From: Rickettsiales bacterium
GTDB lineage: Bacteria > Pseudomonadota > Alphaproteobacteria > Rickettsiales > RI-342
DNA length: 64,000 nt
Assembly (NCBI GenBank): GCA_044368015.1
Contig: JBIPLF010000003.1
Span: 8,659-72,658 of the forward strand
Direction of reading: 5' to 3'
Shown here: positions 33,678-42,485 of the stretch, one piece after another
Numbering within the stretch: position 1 is the stretch's first letter
How the letters are laid out: every line of letters begins with the position of its first letter
The notes under the pieces: generated by a model
The model's database searches: none
What the model saw: the letters and a program-made list of their open reading frames with translations, nothing else
What the model was told of the DNA's origin: nothing
Position numbers and translations under genes: made by a program

Positions 33678-35009
33678 TCAAATCTGGTAGGAATCGTATT
33701 CTTCCCGCGTGGCGGCGAGGGCCGCCAGCTCCGCAATCAGGGAGGCGATGCGCACCGGCGGCGGGCAGTCCTTCAGTACTTCCCCGCAGGGGGCATCCAC
33801 CGATGCGCCATCGCAGAGCGGCGTGAATTGCATCCCCGGACTGTTGAGGCTGGAAAAGGCGTCCTTCTCCGGATGCACGCGCCAGGCCCCGCCCACTGCA
33901 CAGCCGCCAATCAGGTAGAGCATCGGCTCAGCGGTGTAGGTACCCACACGATCCACCGACGGCACGCCCTCCTGAATCACCACTTCGCTGTTGCCCACGC
34001 CTTCCTTGATGACATGCATCCGGTCGCGGTGTTTTTTATTCATGGCGAGCACCTCCTCGCCGGAACGCGCCGTCATGATGCCCATGCCGTAAGTGCCGCT
34101 GCTGGCCTTGATAAACACCACCGGTTCGTCGGCAATGCCGTATTGCGTGTATTTCGCCTGAATGAGGCGCACCATGGCGTCCACTTCTGCCGCAACCTGA
34201 TCCACCCCCGTGCGTTCCTTGAAATTCACGCTGCCGCAATGGCGGGTGAGCGGCTGGATCAGCCAGGGATCAATGCCAAAGGCCGCGCCAAACTGCTCCG
34301 CCAGCTCGGCATAGGCAGCGAAATGCACCCATTTGCGGCGGCGATACCATCCCATCTCCACCGGCGGTACGATGGGTTGGGTGATGCGCGTCATCCAGTC
34401 CGGCACCCCGGAGGTGAGGTCGTTATTCACCACCAGCAGGTCGGGGATGAAGCCGGATTGCGTCTGCACGCGGTCGCCCATGAGGGTAATCGGTTCCACC
34501 TCCAGCGGAATCCCGGAAATACTATGGAGTTGCAGGGTTTCGCCCTCCCCCTCCTCCATCATCCCCAGCCGCACCTCCATGCCCGCATTGCGGAGTAGCC
34601 CGGAGAGCACGGCGATGTTTTCCAGATAATAGAGGTTGCGCGTATGACGCTCCGGCAGCAGCAGCACCCGCTTCGCCTGCGGATAATAGCGGGCGAGGTA
34701 ATCACGCATCTTGCGGGCGGCCCGCAGCCGGGCGGGAATCGACAGGTTATTGAAACCGGCGGGAAAGAGATTGGTATCCACCGGCGCGATTTTATACCCG
34801 GCATGGCGCACATCCACCGAGGCGTAAAAGGCGGGTTGGGTGCGCGCGCGCATCGCGGCGAACCAGTCGCAGACCTCCTCGCCCCGTGTTTCCAGCAGGG
34901 CGTCGAGCTGGGGGATGATGGAAGGAGTGGCCGGAGTTCGGAGTTCAGAGTTCAGTGATTCCTCTGCTCCATCCTGCACTCTGAACTCCGATCGCTGAAC
35001 GCTATACAT
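33678..35009 (-). CDS. gshA: Glutamate-cysteine ligase (GshA, T. ferrooxidans-type family)
   Basis: FYASVDVRHAGYKIAPVDTNLFPAGFNNL matches the PF08886-type GshA signature as I recall it. The start is uncertain because a family F repeat lies right after ATG 35009. Confidence 0.75.
   Translation of the reverse strand: MYSVQRSEFRVQDGAEESLNSELRTPATPSIIPQLDALLETRGEEVCDWFAAMRARTQPAFYASVDVRHAGYKIAPVDTNLFPAGFNNLSIPARLRAARKMRDYLARYYPQAKRVLLLPERHTRNLYYLENIAVLSGLLRNAGMEVRLGMMEEGEGETLQLHSISGIPLEVEPITLMGDRVQTQSGFIPDLLVVNNDLTSGVPDWMTRITQPIVPPVEMGWYRRRKWVHFAAYAELAEQFGAAFGIDPWLIQPLTRHCGSVNFKERTGVDQVAAEVDAMVRLIQAKYTQYGIADEPVVFIKASSGTYGMGIMTARSGEEVLAMNKKHRDRMHVIKEGVGNSEVVIQEGVPSVDRVGTYTAEPMLYLIGGCAVGGAWRVHPEKDAFSSLNSPGMQFTPLCDGASVDAPCGEVLKDCPPPVRIASLIAELAALAATREEYDSYQI
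34933..35000. repeat. Family F-variant palindrome at or inside the 5' end of gshA
   Basis: CGGAGTTCGGAGTTCAGAGTTCAG ... CTCTGAACTCCGATCGCTGAAC. If ATG 35009 is used, it translates as SEFRVQDGAEESLNSELRTP. Confidence 0.75.
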
Positions 35010-35349
35010 GAAACGATTCCCCGCAGCCGCAACGGCCTTTTTCGTTGGGATTCCGGAACACGAACCCGGATTGTAGTTTTTCTTCCACATAATCCATTTC
35101 GGTGCCAATGATGAAGAGGGTCGCCTTGGGGTCGATAAGGATTTTGATCGGCACTTCCGCGTCCGCCACCTCTACCATTTCATCATAAGGACTCACTTCA
35201 TCCGCATATTCGATGGTGTAGGAAAGGCCGGAGCAACCTTTGGTCCGCACGCCGACGCGAATCCCCGCCGACGGCTTCCCACGCGACGCCAGCAGCGCCC
35301 GCACCCGCGTGGCGGCATTCTCGGAAACGGTGATGATGGGGGTGGGCAT
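35002..35349 (-). CDS. iscA: Iron-sulfur cluster assembly protein IscA
   Basis: KGCSGLSY...GCGCGESF, located within the isc cluster. Confidence 0.9.
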   Translation of the reverse strand: MPTPIITVSENAATRVRALLASRGKPSAGIRVGVRTKGCSGLSYTIEYADEVSPYDEMVEVADAEVPIKILIDPKATLFIIGTEMDYVEEKLQSGFVFRNPNEKGRCGCGESFHV

Positions 35350-35414
35350 CGTGTCTTTCCTCTCTTCTTTCGTATCGTCTCTTCACGTTATGTTTTCCAG
35401 TGGCTGCACCCGCA

Positions 35415-35580
35415 TCACCCTCCCCCGGAATTGCACTCAATTCCGACCCCTCCCATTCAGGGAGGGGTGATGGATGCGAGGTCAAACCCTGATCCCCCCA
35501 CTAAGGGGCAGGAAATTGGCGGTGAACCCCTCCTCCTCACTCCCCCCTCCCTGAATGGGAGGGGGATAGGGGGAGGGTGA
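35415..35580. repeat. Family A repeat (inverted part 1 at 35415-35470) plus a related GGGAGGG hairpin (35538-35580)
   Basis: TCACCCTCCCCCGGAATTGCACTCAATTCCGACCCCTCCCATTCAGGGAGGGGTGA and CCCCCCTCCCTGAATGGGAGGGGGATAGGGGGAGGGTGA. The second abuts the DUF559 stop. Confidence 0.85.
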
Positions 35581-35934
35581 TTACATCGTTTCAGTCACCC
35601 TGTCCAAATGCAGGTGAATAAGCTGTAGAACCCCTTCCAGATTTTGCAACACGTCATGGTTCCAGAAACGCAGCACCGTGAAACCTTCCTGTTCCAACAC
35701 CGCTGTGCGGTTCCGGTCATGTGCTGTCTGAACGGCGTGCTGGCCTCCATCCACTTCGATCACCAGCTTTGCCTCAAAACAGACAAAGTCCAGAACATAC
35801 TGCCGGAACGGTACTTGCCGACGGAAATACGCCCCCGCCACCTGCCTGCGCCTCAGACGACACCACAGGATTGTTTCTGCATCGGTCATCATGCGCCGCA
35901 AACGACGAGCACGAATGACGGACATCGGTAACAC
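35581..35934 (-). CDS. DUF559 endonuclease-domain protein (Vsr-like fold)
   Basis: ETILWCRLRRRQ...FRRQVPFRQYVLDFVC...LVIEVDGGQH...TVLRFWNHDV. Confidence 0.85.
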   Translation of the reverse strand: MLPMSVIRARRLRRMMTDAETILWCRLRRRQVAGAYFRRQVPFRQYVLDFVCFEAKLVIEVDGGQHAVQTAHDRNRTAVLEQEGFTVLRFWNHDVLQNLEGVLQLIHLHLDRVTETM

Positions 35935-35975
35935 CCCCTCCCTAACCCTCCCCCATCAAGGGGGAGGGACCTCGT
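35931..35975. repeat. GGGAGGG-type hairpin repeat flanking the DUF559 gene start
   Basis: CCCCCTCCCTAACCCTCCCCCATCAAGGGGGAGGGA. Confidence 0.75.
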
Positions 35976-36026
35976 GTGGAACCGCCGTTTTTCTCCCCGT
36001 TCCGTGACAAGCAGATGATATCCCCC

Positions 36027-36434
36027 CTACGCCGCTGCGCCTTCGTCGGCCTTCGCCCCCTGCTTCGCCTTGTAATCCTCGATCGCGGCTTTGATCGCGT
36101 CTTCGGCCAGCACTGAGCAATGGATCTTCACCGGTGGCAGGGCCAGATGGGTGGCGATATCCACATTCTTGATGGTGCTCGCTTCCTCGATCGTTTTGCC
36201 TTTGATCCATTCGGTGGTGAGCGAGCTGGAAGCAATCGCCGAGCCACACCCAAAGGTTTTGAATTTGGCATCGACAATCTTGCCGGTGATATCCACCTTG
36301 ATCTGCAGCTTCATCACGTCACCGCAGGCCGGTGCGCCCACCAGCCCGGTGCCGACATCGGCCGCGTTTTTATCCAGTGACCCGATATTGCGCGGGTTTT
36401 CGTAATGGTCGATTAGTTGGCTACTATAGGCCAT
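36027..36434 (-). CDS. iscU: Fe-S cluster scaffold IscU (NifU N-terminal type)
   Basis: LIDHYENPRNIGSL...GAPACGDVMKLQIKV...FKTFGCGSAIASSS. Confidence 0.93.
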   Translation of the reverse strand: MAYSSQLIDHYENPRNIGSLDKNAADVGTGLVGAPACGDVMKLQIKVDITGKIVDAKFKTFGCGSAIASSSLTTEWIKGKTIEEASTIKNVDIATHLALPPVKIHCSVLAEDAIKAAIEDYKAKQGAKADEGAAA

Positions 36435-36834
36435 GGTTTGTGCTCCTCACAGGGTTCAGGATTCGGGATTCAGGGTTCAGTTTGCGTTCCAGACTGTTGC
36501 GCAAACCATTCAACATTCTGCCTATTTCACTACATTGGAGCATCACATCCGACATCGGTGGTTCATGCGTGTACTGCAATCGCACTGCGATCAATAACTG
36601 CGTTTCCAACTCCGATAGCGAGCCATAGGCAAGATTGAGAAATCGAATATAATCTCTGGTAGAGCGTCTAGCGTTACCTTCTGCGATATTGGAAGGCACC
36701 GATATCGCAGCGCGCCGAATCTGGCTGGTTAAACCATATTGTTCTTCACGAGGAAAATCGCGGGTCAGGCCATAGACGGTCGTCACCATATCCATGGATT
36801 TCTGCCATACGAGGAGATTCTGGTAATGCTCCAT
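36424..36834 (-). CDS. Four-helix-bundle protein (23S rRNA intervening-sequence protein family)
   Basis: YQNLLVWQKSMDMV...QIRRAAISVPSNIAEGNAR matches the TIGR02436-type signature. Its C-terminal tail is encoded by a family F repeat arm. Confidence 0.85.
   Translation of the reverse strand: MEHYQNLLVWQKSMDMVTTVYGLTRDFPREEQYGLTSQIRRAAISVPSNIAEGNARRSTRDYIRFLNLAYGSLSELETQLLIAVRLQYTHEPPMSDVMLQCSEIGRMLNGLRNSLERKLNPESRILNPVRSTNHGL
36451..36481. repeat. Family F repeat arm (left) flanking the four-helix-bundle gene
   Basis: AGGGTTCAGGATTCGGGATTCAGGGTTCAG is the inverted complement of 36853-36876. Confidence 0.85.
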
Positions 36835-36852
36835 CTTTTATGCTTCCCTTTT

Positions 36853-36876
36853 CTGACCCCTGAATCCCGAATCCTG
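36853..36876. repeat. Family F repeat arm (right) flanking the four-helix-bundle gene
   Basis: The reverse complement of CTGACCCCTGAATCCCGAATCCTG matches the left arm at 24 of 25 positions. Confidence 0.85.
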
Positions 36877-36886
36877 CCCCCTGTCT

Positions 36887-38098
36887 TCAATGTCCCACCC
36901 ATTCCACCTTGCTGATATCAATGCCTTCCTGCACCATTTCCCATAGAGGACTCATGGCGCGCAGCCGCTCGATACTGCCTTTGATGATGGTGATCGCCCG
37001 TTCGATCTCGGCATCGGTGGTGAAGCGCCCAAAGCCGAAGCGGATGGAGGTATGCGCCAGCTCCTCGCCCACACCGATAGAGCGCAGCACATAGGATGGC
37101 TCCAGCGAGGCCGAGGTGCAGGCAGAGCCAGACGACACCGCCAGTTCCTTGATCGCCATCATCATGGATTCGCCCTCAATATAGGCAAAGCTGAGATTCA
37201 CATTCCCCGGCCAGCGTTGCTCGCGGTGCCCGTTCAGGTACACATCCGGAATAGCGTCCATCACCTCAGCGAGGAAATGGTCGTACATACGACGCATCCG
37301 CTCGGCTTCGCCCGCCATTTCGGCTTGCGCGATGCGGGCGGCTTCGCCCAGTCCCACCACCAGCGGTGTGGGGAGTGTACCGGAACGGAATCCGCGCTCC
37401 TGCCCACCGCCATAGATCATCGGTTGCAGCCGCACCCGCGGACGCCGCCGCACATAGAGCGCACCAATGCCCTTCGGCCCGTAGATTTTATGCCCGGAGA
37501 TGCTCATGAGGTCGATATTCAGCGCCTCGACATCGAGCGGGATTTTGCCAAACCCTTGCGCAGCATCGCAATGGAAAAACACGCCGTGCTTGCGGGTGAT
37601 GGCACCGATTTCCTTCAGCGGCTGAATGACGCCGATCTCGTTATTTACCGCCATCACGGACACCACCAGCGTTTGGTCGGTGATTGCCGCTTCCAGTGTT
37701 TTCAAGTCAATCAGCCCGCTTTGATCCACCGGCAGATAGGTGACGGTGAACCCCTGTTCCTCCAGATGCCGACAGCTATCGAGCACGCATTTATGCTCGG
37801 TTGCCACGGTAATGAGGTGTTTTTTCTCGTCGCCATAGAACCCGGCCAGCCCTTGGAGCGCCAGATTGTTGGACTCGGTCGCACCGGAGGTAAATACAAT
37901 CTCCTTCGCCGAGGCGTTGATGACACTCGCCACCTGCGCACGGGCCTGCTCGGCGGCTTCCTCTGCCTCCCAGCCGAAGCTGTGGCTGCGCGAATGCGGA
38001 TTGCCGAATTTCTCGGTAAACCAGGGCAGCATCGCCTCCACCACCCGCGGATCGGTGGGGGTGGTCGCCTGATAATCCAGATAGATAGGACGGGGCAT
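36887..38098 (-). CDS. iscS: Cysteine desulfurase IscS
   Basis: [20 protein letters not shown] (PLP lysine), SSGSACTS and the C-terminal W.H tail. Start at ATG 38098 with AGGAGA upstream. Confidence 0.93.
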   Translation of the reverse strand: MPRPIYLDYQATTPTDPRVVEAMLPWFTEKFGNPHSRSHSFGWEAEEAAEQARAQVASVINASAKEIVFTSGATESNNLALQGLAGFYGDEKKHLITVATEHKCVLDSCRHLEEQGFTVTYLPVDQSGLIDLKTLEAAITDQTLVVSVMAVNNEIGVIQPLKEIGAITRKHGVFFHCDAAQGFGKIPLDVEALNIDLMSISGHKIYGPKGIGALYVRRRPRVRLQPMIYGGGQERGFRSGTLPTPLVVGLGEAARIAQAEMAGEAERMRRMYDHFLAEVMDAIPDVYLNGHREQRWPGNVNLSFAYIEGESMMMAIKELAVSSGSACTSASLEPSYVLRSIGVGEELAHTSIRFGFGRFTTDAEIERAITIIKGSIERLRAMSPLWEMVQEGIDISKVEWVGH

Positions 38099-38120
38099 TC
38101 TGTCTCTCCTTATAACCTGT

Positions 38121-39359
38121 TTATGCTGCGCTACGCTGCGTTTGTGTTCGTTGATACAGTGCTTCCCAGCAGGCTGCGAAACGCTCGAAATCTGCTGTTG
38201 TGCTTGCCCATCCGGCACTGACCCGCACCACCTCGGAGGCTTCTGCATGGCTGAACCCCATCGCCTGAAGCGCGGGCGAGGCCTCCATGCGCCCCGACGT
38301 GCAAGCGGAACCAGCACTCACCGCCAGGCCTGCCAGATCGAACTGCATCAGTTGCGTTTCAAAGGATACACCCGGCATGCGGATGCAGGAAGTGGTGGCC
38401 ACCCGTGGGCTGTCCTTGCCGATCACTTCTGCCCCCTGCGCGGTGAGCCGTGCTTCCATGGCGTCGCGGGCTGCGGCCAGGGAGACAATCTGCGGCAGTG
38501 TGCGGGAGAGCAGCCCGCAGGCGGCAGCAAATCCGGCGATCGCCATCACATTTTCCGTTCCGGCACGCTGATTACGCTCCTGACCGCCGCCCCGCATCAG
38601 AGGCAACAGCGGCAGGCAACCATTGACGATCAGCGCCGCCGCCCCCACCGGCCCACCCATTTTATGGGCGCAGAGGGTGACGAGATCTGCCCCCAGTTCG
38701 GGTATTGAAAGCGGCAGTTTGCCAAAGCCCTGCGCCGCGTCGCAATGGAGCATCCCGCCATGGCGATGGACGAGATCGGCAATCTCCGCAATCGGCTGGA
38801 TCACGCCGGTTTCGTTCTGCACCCACATCACCGACACCAGCGTACCGGGACCGGATTGTTGTAGCATGGTTTCGAGTGCCGTCCTGTTGACCTCGCCGCT
38901 GCGATCCACCGGAATGCGCTGCGCGCCTGTCACCGCTCGCCATACCGATGGATGCTCCACGGCAGAAACCAGCGTGGTGTTGGCATCCAGCCCGCGCAGC
39001 GCCCAGTTGTTGGCTTCCGTACCCGACGCCGTGAAAAACACCGATGCCGCAGTGGTGCCTGTGGCCTTTGCCACCGCCTCCCGCGCTTGCTCTATCGCCA
39101 CCCGCGCCACCCGCCCGAACCGATGCACGGACGAGGCATTGGCGGGGACCTCCAGCCAGGGGAGCATGGCATCCCGCGCTTCCGGCAGTAGCGGGGTCGT
39201 GGCGTTGTAATCGAGGTAGGTGGCCCCCCTCTCCCTGTGGGAGAGGGCCGGGGTGAGGGTATCATTAGAGTAGGAATTTTTCCTCACCTTGGAGGCAGTA
39301 CCTCCAACCTCTCCCACAGGGAGAGGGTTTGCGCCACTCTGATGCAGCGTTTCCGTCAT
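38121..39359 (-). CDS. Second class V cysteine desulfurase (NifS-like)
   Basis: [19 protein letters not shown] and SAGSACTS. Its start overlaps the iscR stop (ATGA). The N-terminal ~35 aa include a family B repeat. Confidence 0.88.
   Translation of the reverse strand: MTETLHQSGANPLPVGEVGGTASKVRKNSYSNDTLTPALSHRERGATYLDYNATTPLLPEARDAMLPWLEVPANASSVHRFGRVARVAIEQAREAVAKATGTTAASVFFTASGTEANNWALRGLDANTTLVSAVEHPSVWRAVTGAQRIPVDRSGEVNRTALETMLQQSGPGTLVSVMWVQNETGVIQPIAEIADLVHRHGGMLHCDAAQGFGKLPLSIPELGADLVTLCAHKMGGPVGAAALIVNGCLPLLPLMRGGGQERNQRAGTENVMAIAGFAAACGLLSRTLPQIVSLAAARDAMEARLTAQGAEVIGKDSPRVATTSCIRMPGVSFETQLMQFDLAGLAVSAGSACTSGRMEASPALQAMGFSHAEASEVVRVSAGWASTTADFERFAACWEALYQRTQTQRSAA
39226..39327. repeat. 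Family B palindromic repeat inside the N-terminal coding region of the NifS-like gene
   Basis: CCCCTCTCCCTGTGGGAGAGGGCCGGGGTGAGGG ... CCTCTCCCACAGGGAGAGGG. The coding strand reads [10 protein letters not shown]...[12 protein letters not shown]. Confidence 0.85.
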
Positions 39360-39820
39360 AACGCCCCCGCTTGCGCCAAGGGTTTCAGCGCAGCCGTGGA
39401 ACGCGAAACCGCCACCCGACGCGCACAGACATCCTCCAGACTGACCGAAGAGAGATAATCCTGAATCTGTGTTTCCAGCCCCTCCCACAGATCATGGGTT
39501 AGGCAACGCGCCTTGTCGGACATGCATCCGCTTTGATGCTGCGCGCAGCGGGTAATTTTGAGCGATTCCTCCACCGCCCGCACCATGTCAAATACGGGGA
39601 TTTCCGCCGCCGCCCGCGCCAGCACATAGCCGCCGCCCGGTCCTTTGACGGCATTGACAATCCCCGCCCGCCGCAGCTTGGAAAAAATCTGCTCTAGGTA
39701 CGGAAGCGTGATCCCCTGACGCCCGGCGATATCGGCAAGGCAGACCGGCTTTCCGTGACTATGCCGGGCGAGATCCACCATCGCCATCACCGCGTAGCGG
39801 CCTTTGGTTCCGAGCATCAT
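39356..39820 (-). CDS. iscR: Rrf2-family transcriptional regulator IscR
   Basis: TKGRYAVMAMVDLARH..., a winged HTH, and the Cys cluster C...C.....C. Confidence 0.88.
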   Translation of the reverse strand: MMLGTKGRYAVMAMVDLARHSHGKPVCLADIAGRQGITLPYLEQIFSKLRRAGIVNAVKGPGGGYVLARAAAEIPVFDMVRAVEESLKITRCAQHQSGCMSDKARCLTHDLWEGLETQIQDYLSSVSLEDVCARRVAVSRSTAALKPLAQAGAL

Positions 39821-39824
39821 GCGA

Positions 39825-40520
39825 TCAGCCCTCCCCCTTTTTCGTGCGCGGGGCCGCTTTGGGCTTCTCGCCCTTCAGCGTGGCCAGTTCCGCACGCAGG
39901 GCGGTGACATCCGCCAGCAACCCTTCCAACTTCTCGGCCATCGGGTCGGGCACTTCGCCATGCACCAGCCCGTACGCCTCGAAGGGTTCGGTGGCGGAAG
40001 CGCCCACCGGACGCGCCGGAATCCCTGCCATGGTGGCGTGTGCGGGGACGTCGCGGGTCACCACCGCATTCGCGCCAATCCGTGCGCCTTCGCCAATGGT
40101 GATCGCCCCCAAAAGCTGTGCGCCTGCGCCAACAATCACATGGTTGCCCAGTTGCGGGTGGCGGAGATCGCCTTTTTGATTATCCTGCGGCGAGACGCCA
40201 CCCAGCGTCACCATCTGGTAGAGGGTGACATCGTCGCCGATCCGCGCCGTTTCGCCAATCACCACCCCCATGCCGTGGTCGATAAATAACCGCCGCCCGA
40301 TCGTGGCACCCGGATGAATTTCGATGCCGGTGAGGAAGCGCCCCAGTTGAGAAACCATGCGGGCAATGACCTTCCAGCGCTCCTGCCACAGCCAGTGGCT
40401 CAGGCGGTAGAGCAGCACCGCATGCAGGCCGGGATAGCACAGCACCACCTCCAGCCGCGAATGCGCCGCCGGATCGCGGGCAAAGAACGAATCTACCTCT
40501 TCCCAAAAACGCTTTAACAT
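39825..40520 (-). CDS. cysE: Serine O-acetyltransferase
   Basis: ARDPAA...[17 protein letters not shown], then hexapeptide repeats ([24 protein letters not shown]). Confidence 0.9.
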   Translation of the reverse strand: MLKRFWEEVDSFFARDPAAHSRLEVVLCYPGLHAVLLYRLSHWLWQERWKVIARMVSQLGRFLTGIEIHPGATIGRRLFIDHGMGVVIGETARIGDDVTLYQMVTLGGVSPQDNQKGDLRHPQLGNHVIVGAGAQLLGAITIGEGARIGANAVVTRDVPAHATMAGIPARPVGASATEPFEAYGLVHGEVPDPMAEKLEGLLADVTALRAELATLKGEKPKAAPRTKKGEG

Positions 40521-40645
40521 TGCACCCTTGTACGGTTTTGTGTATATAGCACGGCCTGTTTACCGATGGTCACGCTTGGGCACCCTAATATACCCGACTT
40601 TAATAGTCAAGTATAGTCTGCCGCAGTCAGCAAAAGGTTGTATAT

Positions 40646-41344
40646 ATGGCAGAAATTATTTTCCCCGGCCCTTCCGGGCGTATTGAGGGACGTTACCACC
40701 ATAGTGGCCGCGAAGGCGCGCCGATTGCGCTGGTGCTGCATCCGCACCCGCTCTATGGCGGCACGATGAATAACAAGATCGTCTACCAGACCTTCCACGC
40801 CTTTGCGCAGCAGGGGTTTTCGGTGCTACGCATCAATTTCCGTGGCGTGGGGCGCTCGCAGGGCACCTATGATGACGGTATGGGCGAGCTGATCGACGCC
40901 GCCGCTGCGCTCGACTGGTTGCAAATCCAGAATGGCGATGCCTCCACCTGCTGGATTGGCGGCTTCTCCTTCGGTGCCTGGATCGCCATGCAACTGATGA
41001 TGCGCCGTCCGGAGATTGAAGGCTTTATTGCCGTGTCTCCCCCGGCGAATATGTATGATTTTTCGTTCCTTGCCCCCTGCCCGGCTTCCGGACTGATTCT
41101 ACAGGGCGATAAGGACGAAATCGTGATGGAAGAAGCGGTGTCGCGGCTCGCAGCCAAGCTTGCCACCCAACGCAATGTTGCCATTAAATACGAGATGGTG
41201 CCGGGCGCCGACCATTATTTCCGTGGGCATCTGGATACGCTCTCCGCCCATGTGAGCGATTATCTGGATCGGCGGCTTAATCAGGCCGAACCGGCAGCCG
41301 CGTTGCGGAACGATAGAAAGCGCCGCCAGTTACCGCGCGGCTAG
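40646..41344 (+). CDS. Alpha/beta hydrolase (COG2945-like)
   Basis: LVLHPHPLYGGTMNNKIV and GGFSFGAW (nucleophile elbow). Confidence 0.8.
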   Translation: MAEIIFPGPSGRIEGRYHHSGREGAPIALVLHPHPLYGGTMNNKIVYQTFHAFAQQGFSVLRINFRGVGRSQGTYDDGMGELIDAAAALDWLQIQNGDASTCWIGGFSFGAWIAMQLMMRRPEIEGFIAVSPPANMYDFSFLAPCPASGLILQGDKDEIVMEEAVSRLAAKLATQRNVAIKYEMVPGADHYFRGHLDTLSAHVSDYLDRRLNQAEPAAALRNDRKRRQLPRG

Positions 41345-42485
41345 CCCCGGTGGTTTCCGGCAGGCTCAGCGGCAACCCCAGCAGCGACCGCACGGCAAGG
41401 TAGGCGAATGCCTGCGCTTCGAGCATGTCGCCATCTAGCCCCAGCGCTTCCACCGGAAGCACAGAGTTGCCAGTTGCCAGTTGCCAGTTGCTAGTATGCT
41501 GACTGACGACTGACAACTGACAACCGACAACTCCCTGCATGATTCCCGGATGCAGCCTGCCTCCGCCGGTGATGATCCAATGCTGCGGTGGTTCGGGGAG
41601 GAATCCCCCCGCATGCAGCATGCTCTGCGCGGTAAAGGCCGCAAGGGTTGCCGCACCGTCTTCCAACGAAAGCCCCGCATCCAGCAGCGGTTGCAGCGAG
41701 AAATCATAACGGTCGAGGGACTTGGGCGGTGGACGCTCAAAAAACGGATGCGCCATGAGCTGCGCGAGCACTGCCGCATCCACCTGCCCGGCTTGCGCGT
41801 AACGGCCGTCCCTATCGTAGGTTTCGCCGGTGTGACGCTGCACCCATTCATCCAGCAACACATTGCCGGGACCGGTATCGAAGGCGGCGATCCGCTTGCG
41901 GTCGGCGCTGAAGCCGGTGACATTCGCCACCCCGCCGATATTCACCACTGCCACCGCACCGCTTAAGCCTCCAATAATCGCCCGGTGGTACAGCGGCACC
42001 AGCGGCGCGCCCTGCCCTCCCGCCGCCATGTCGCGCCTGCGGAAATCGCATACTACGTCGATGCCGGTACGTTCGGCGAGCAACGCGCCATCGCCGATCT
42101 GCCAGGTGAGATGCGCCTCCGGACGGTGGATCAGGGTTTGGCCGTGAAACCCCACCACATCCACCTCCTGCGGGGTGAGGTTCGCCTTCGCCAGCAATTG
42201 CGTCACCGCTTCGGCATGCAGCAGGGTGAGGTCGCGTTCGAGGGAGAGGAAGTCGTCAGTTGCCAGTTGCCAGTTGCTAGCGTGGGTATCACTGACAACT
42301 GGCAACTGACCACTCGCTACTAGCGCCTTCATGGCGCTGGCAATCCGCGCCCGCATCGCGGCATCATAGGGCAGGTGGAAGGACTCGCCCGGAACCACCA
42401 GCCCCTCGCCGTCAGTTTCCAGCAGCGCGGCATCCACCCCATCCATGGAGGTGCCGCTCATCAGGCCGAGTGCGCGCATCCGCAC
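41277..42485 (-). CDS. anmK: Anhydro-N-acetylmuramic acid kinase, carrying two in-frame repeat insertions
   Basis: GLMSGTSMDGVDAAL, GFHGQT, DFRRRDMAAGGQGAPLVP, NIGGVAN and AFDTGPGN. Confidence 0.92.
   Translation of the reverse strand: MRMRALGLMSGTSMDGVDAALLETDGEGLVVPGESFHLPYDAAMRARIASAMKALVASGQLPVVSDTHASNWQLATDDFLSLERDLTLLHAEAVTQLLAKANLTPQEVDVVGFHGQTLIHRPEAHLTWQIGDGALLAERTGIDVVCDFRRRDMAAGGQGAPLVPLYHRAIIGGLSGAVAVVNIGGVANVTGFSADRKRIAAFDTGPGNVLLDEWVQRHTGETYDRDGRYAQAGQVDAAVLAQLMAHPFFERPPPKSLDRYDFSLQPLLDAGLSLEDGAATLAAFTAQSMLHAGGFLPEPPQHWIITGGGRLHPGIMQGVVGCQLSVVSQHTSNWQLATGNSVLPVEALGLDGDMLEAQAFAYLAVRSLLGLPLSLPETTGASRAVTGGAFYRSATRLPVRPD
41463..41531. repeat. Family E palindrome (CAGTTGCCAGTTGC type), in frame in anmK
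   Basis: GAGTTGCCAGTTGCCAGTTGCCAGTTGCTAG...CTGACGACTGACAACTGACAACCGACAAC encodes QLSVVSQHTSNWQLATGNS. Confidence 0.9.
42257..42323. repeat. Family E palindrome, second in-frame copy in anmK
   Basis: CAGTTGCCAGTTGCCAGTTGCTAG...CTGACAACTGGCAACTGACC encodes VVSDTHASNWQLATDD. Confidence 0.9.

Noticed and set aside
33642-34598. 318-aa ORF on the plus strand
   Set aside because: It is antisense to gshA and is a shadow ORF.
37052-38221. 389-aa ORF on the plus strand
   Set aside because: It is antisense to iscS and is a shadow ORF.
41277-41344. 68-nt convergent overlap between the hydrolase and anmK 3' ends
   Set aside because: It is probably just poorly conserved C-terminal tails or a slightly mis-set stop context in GC-rich DNA. 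Nothing indicates a functional antisense arrangement.
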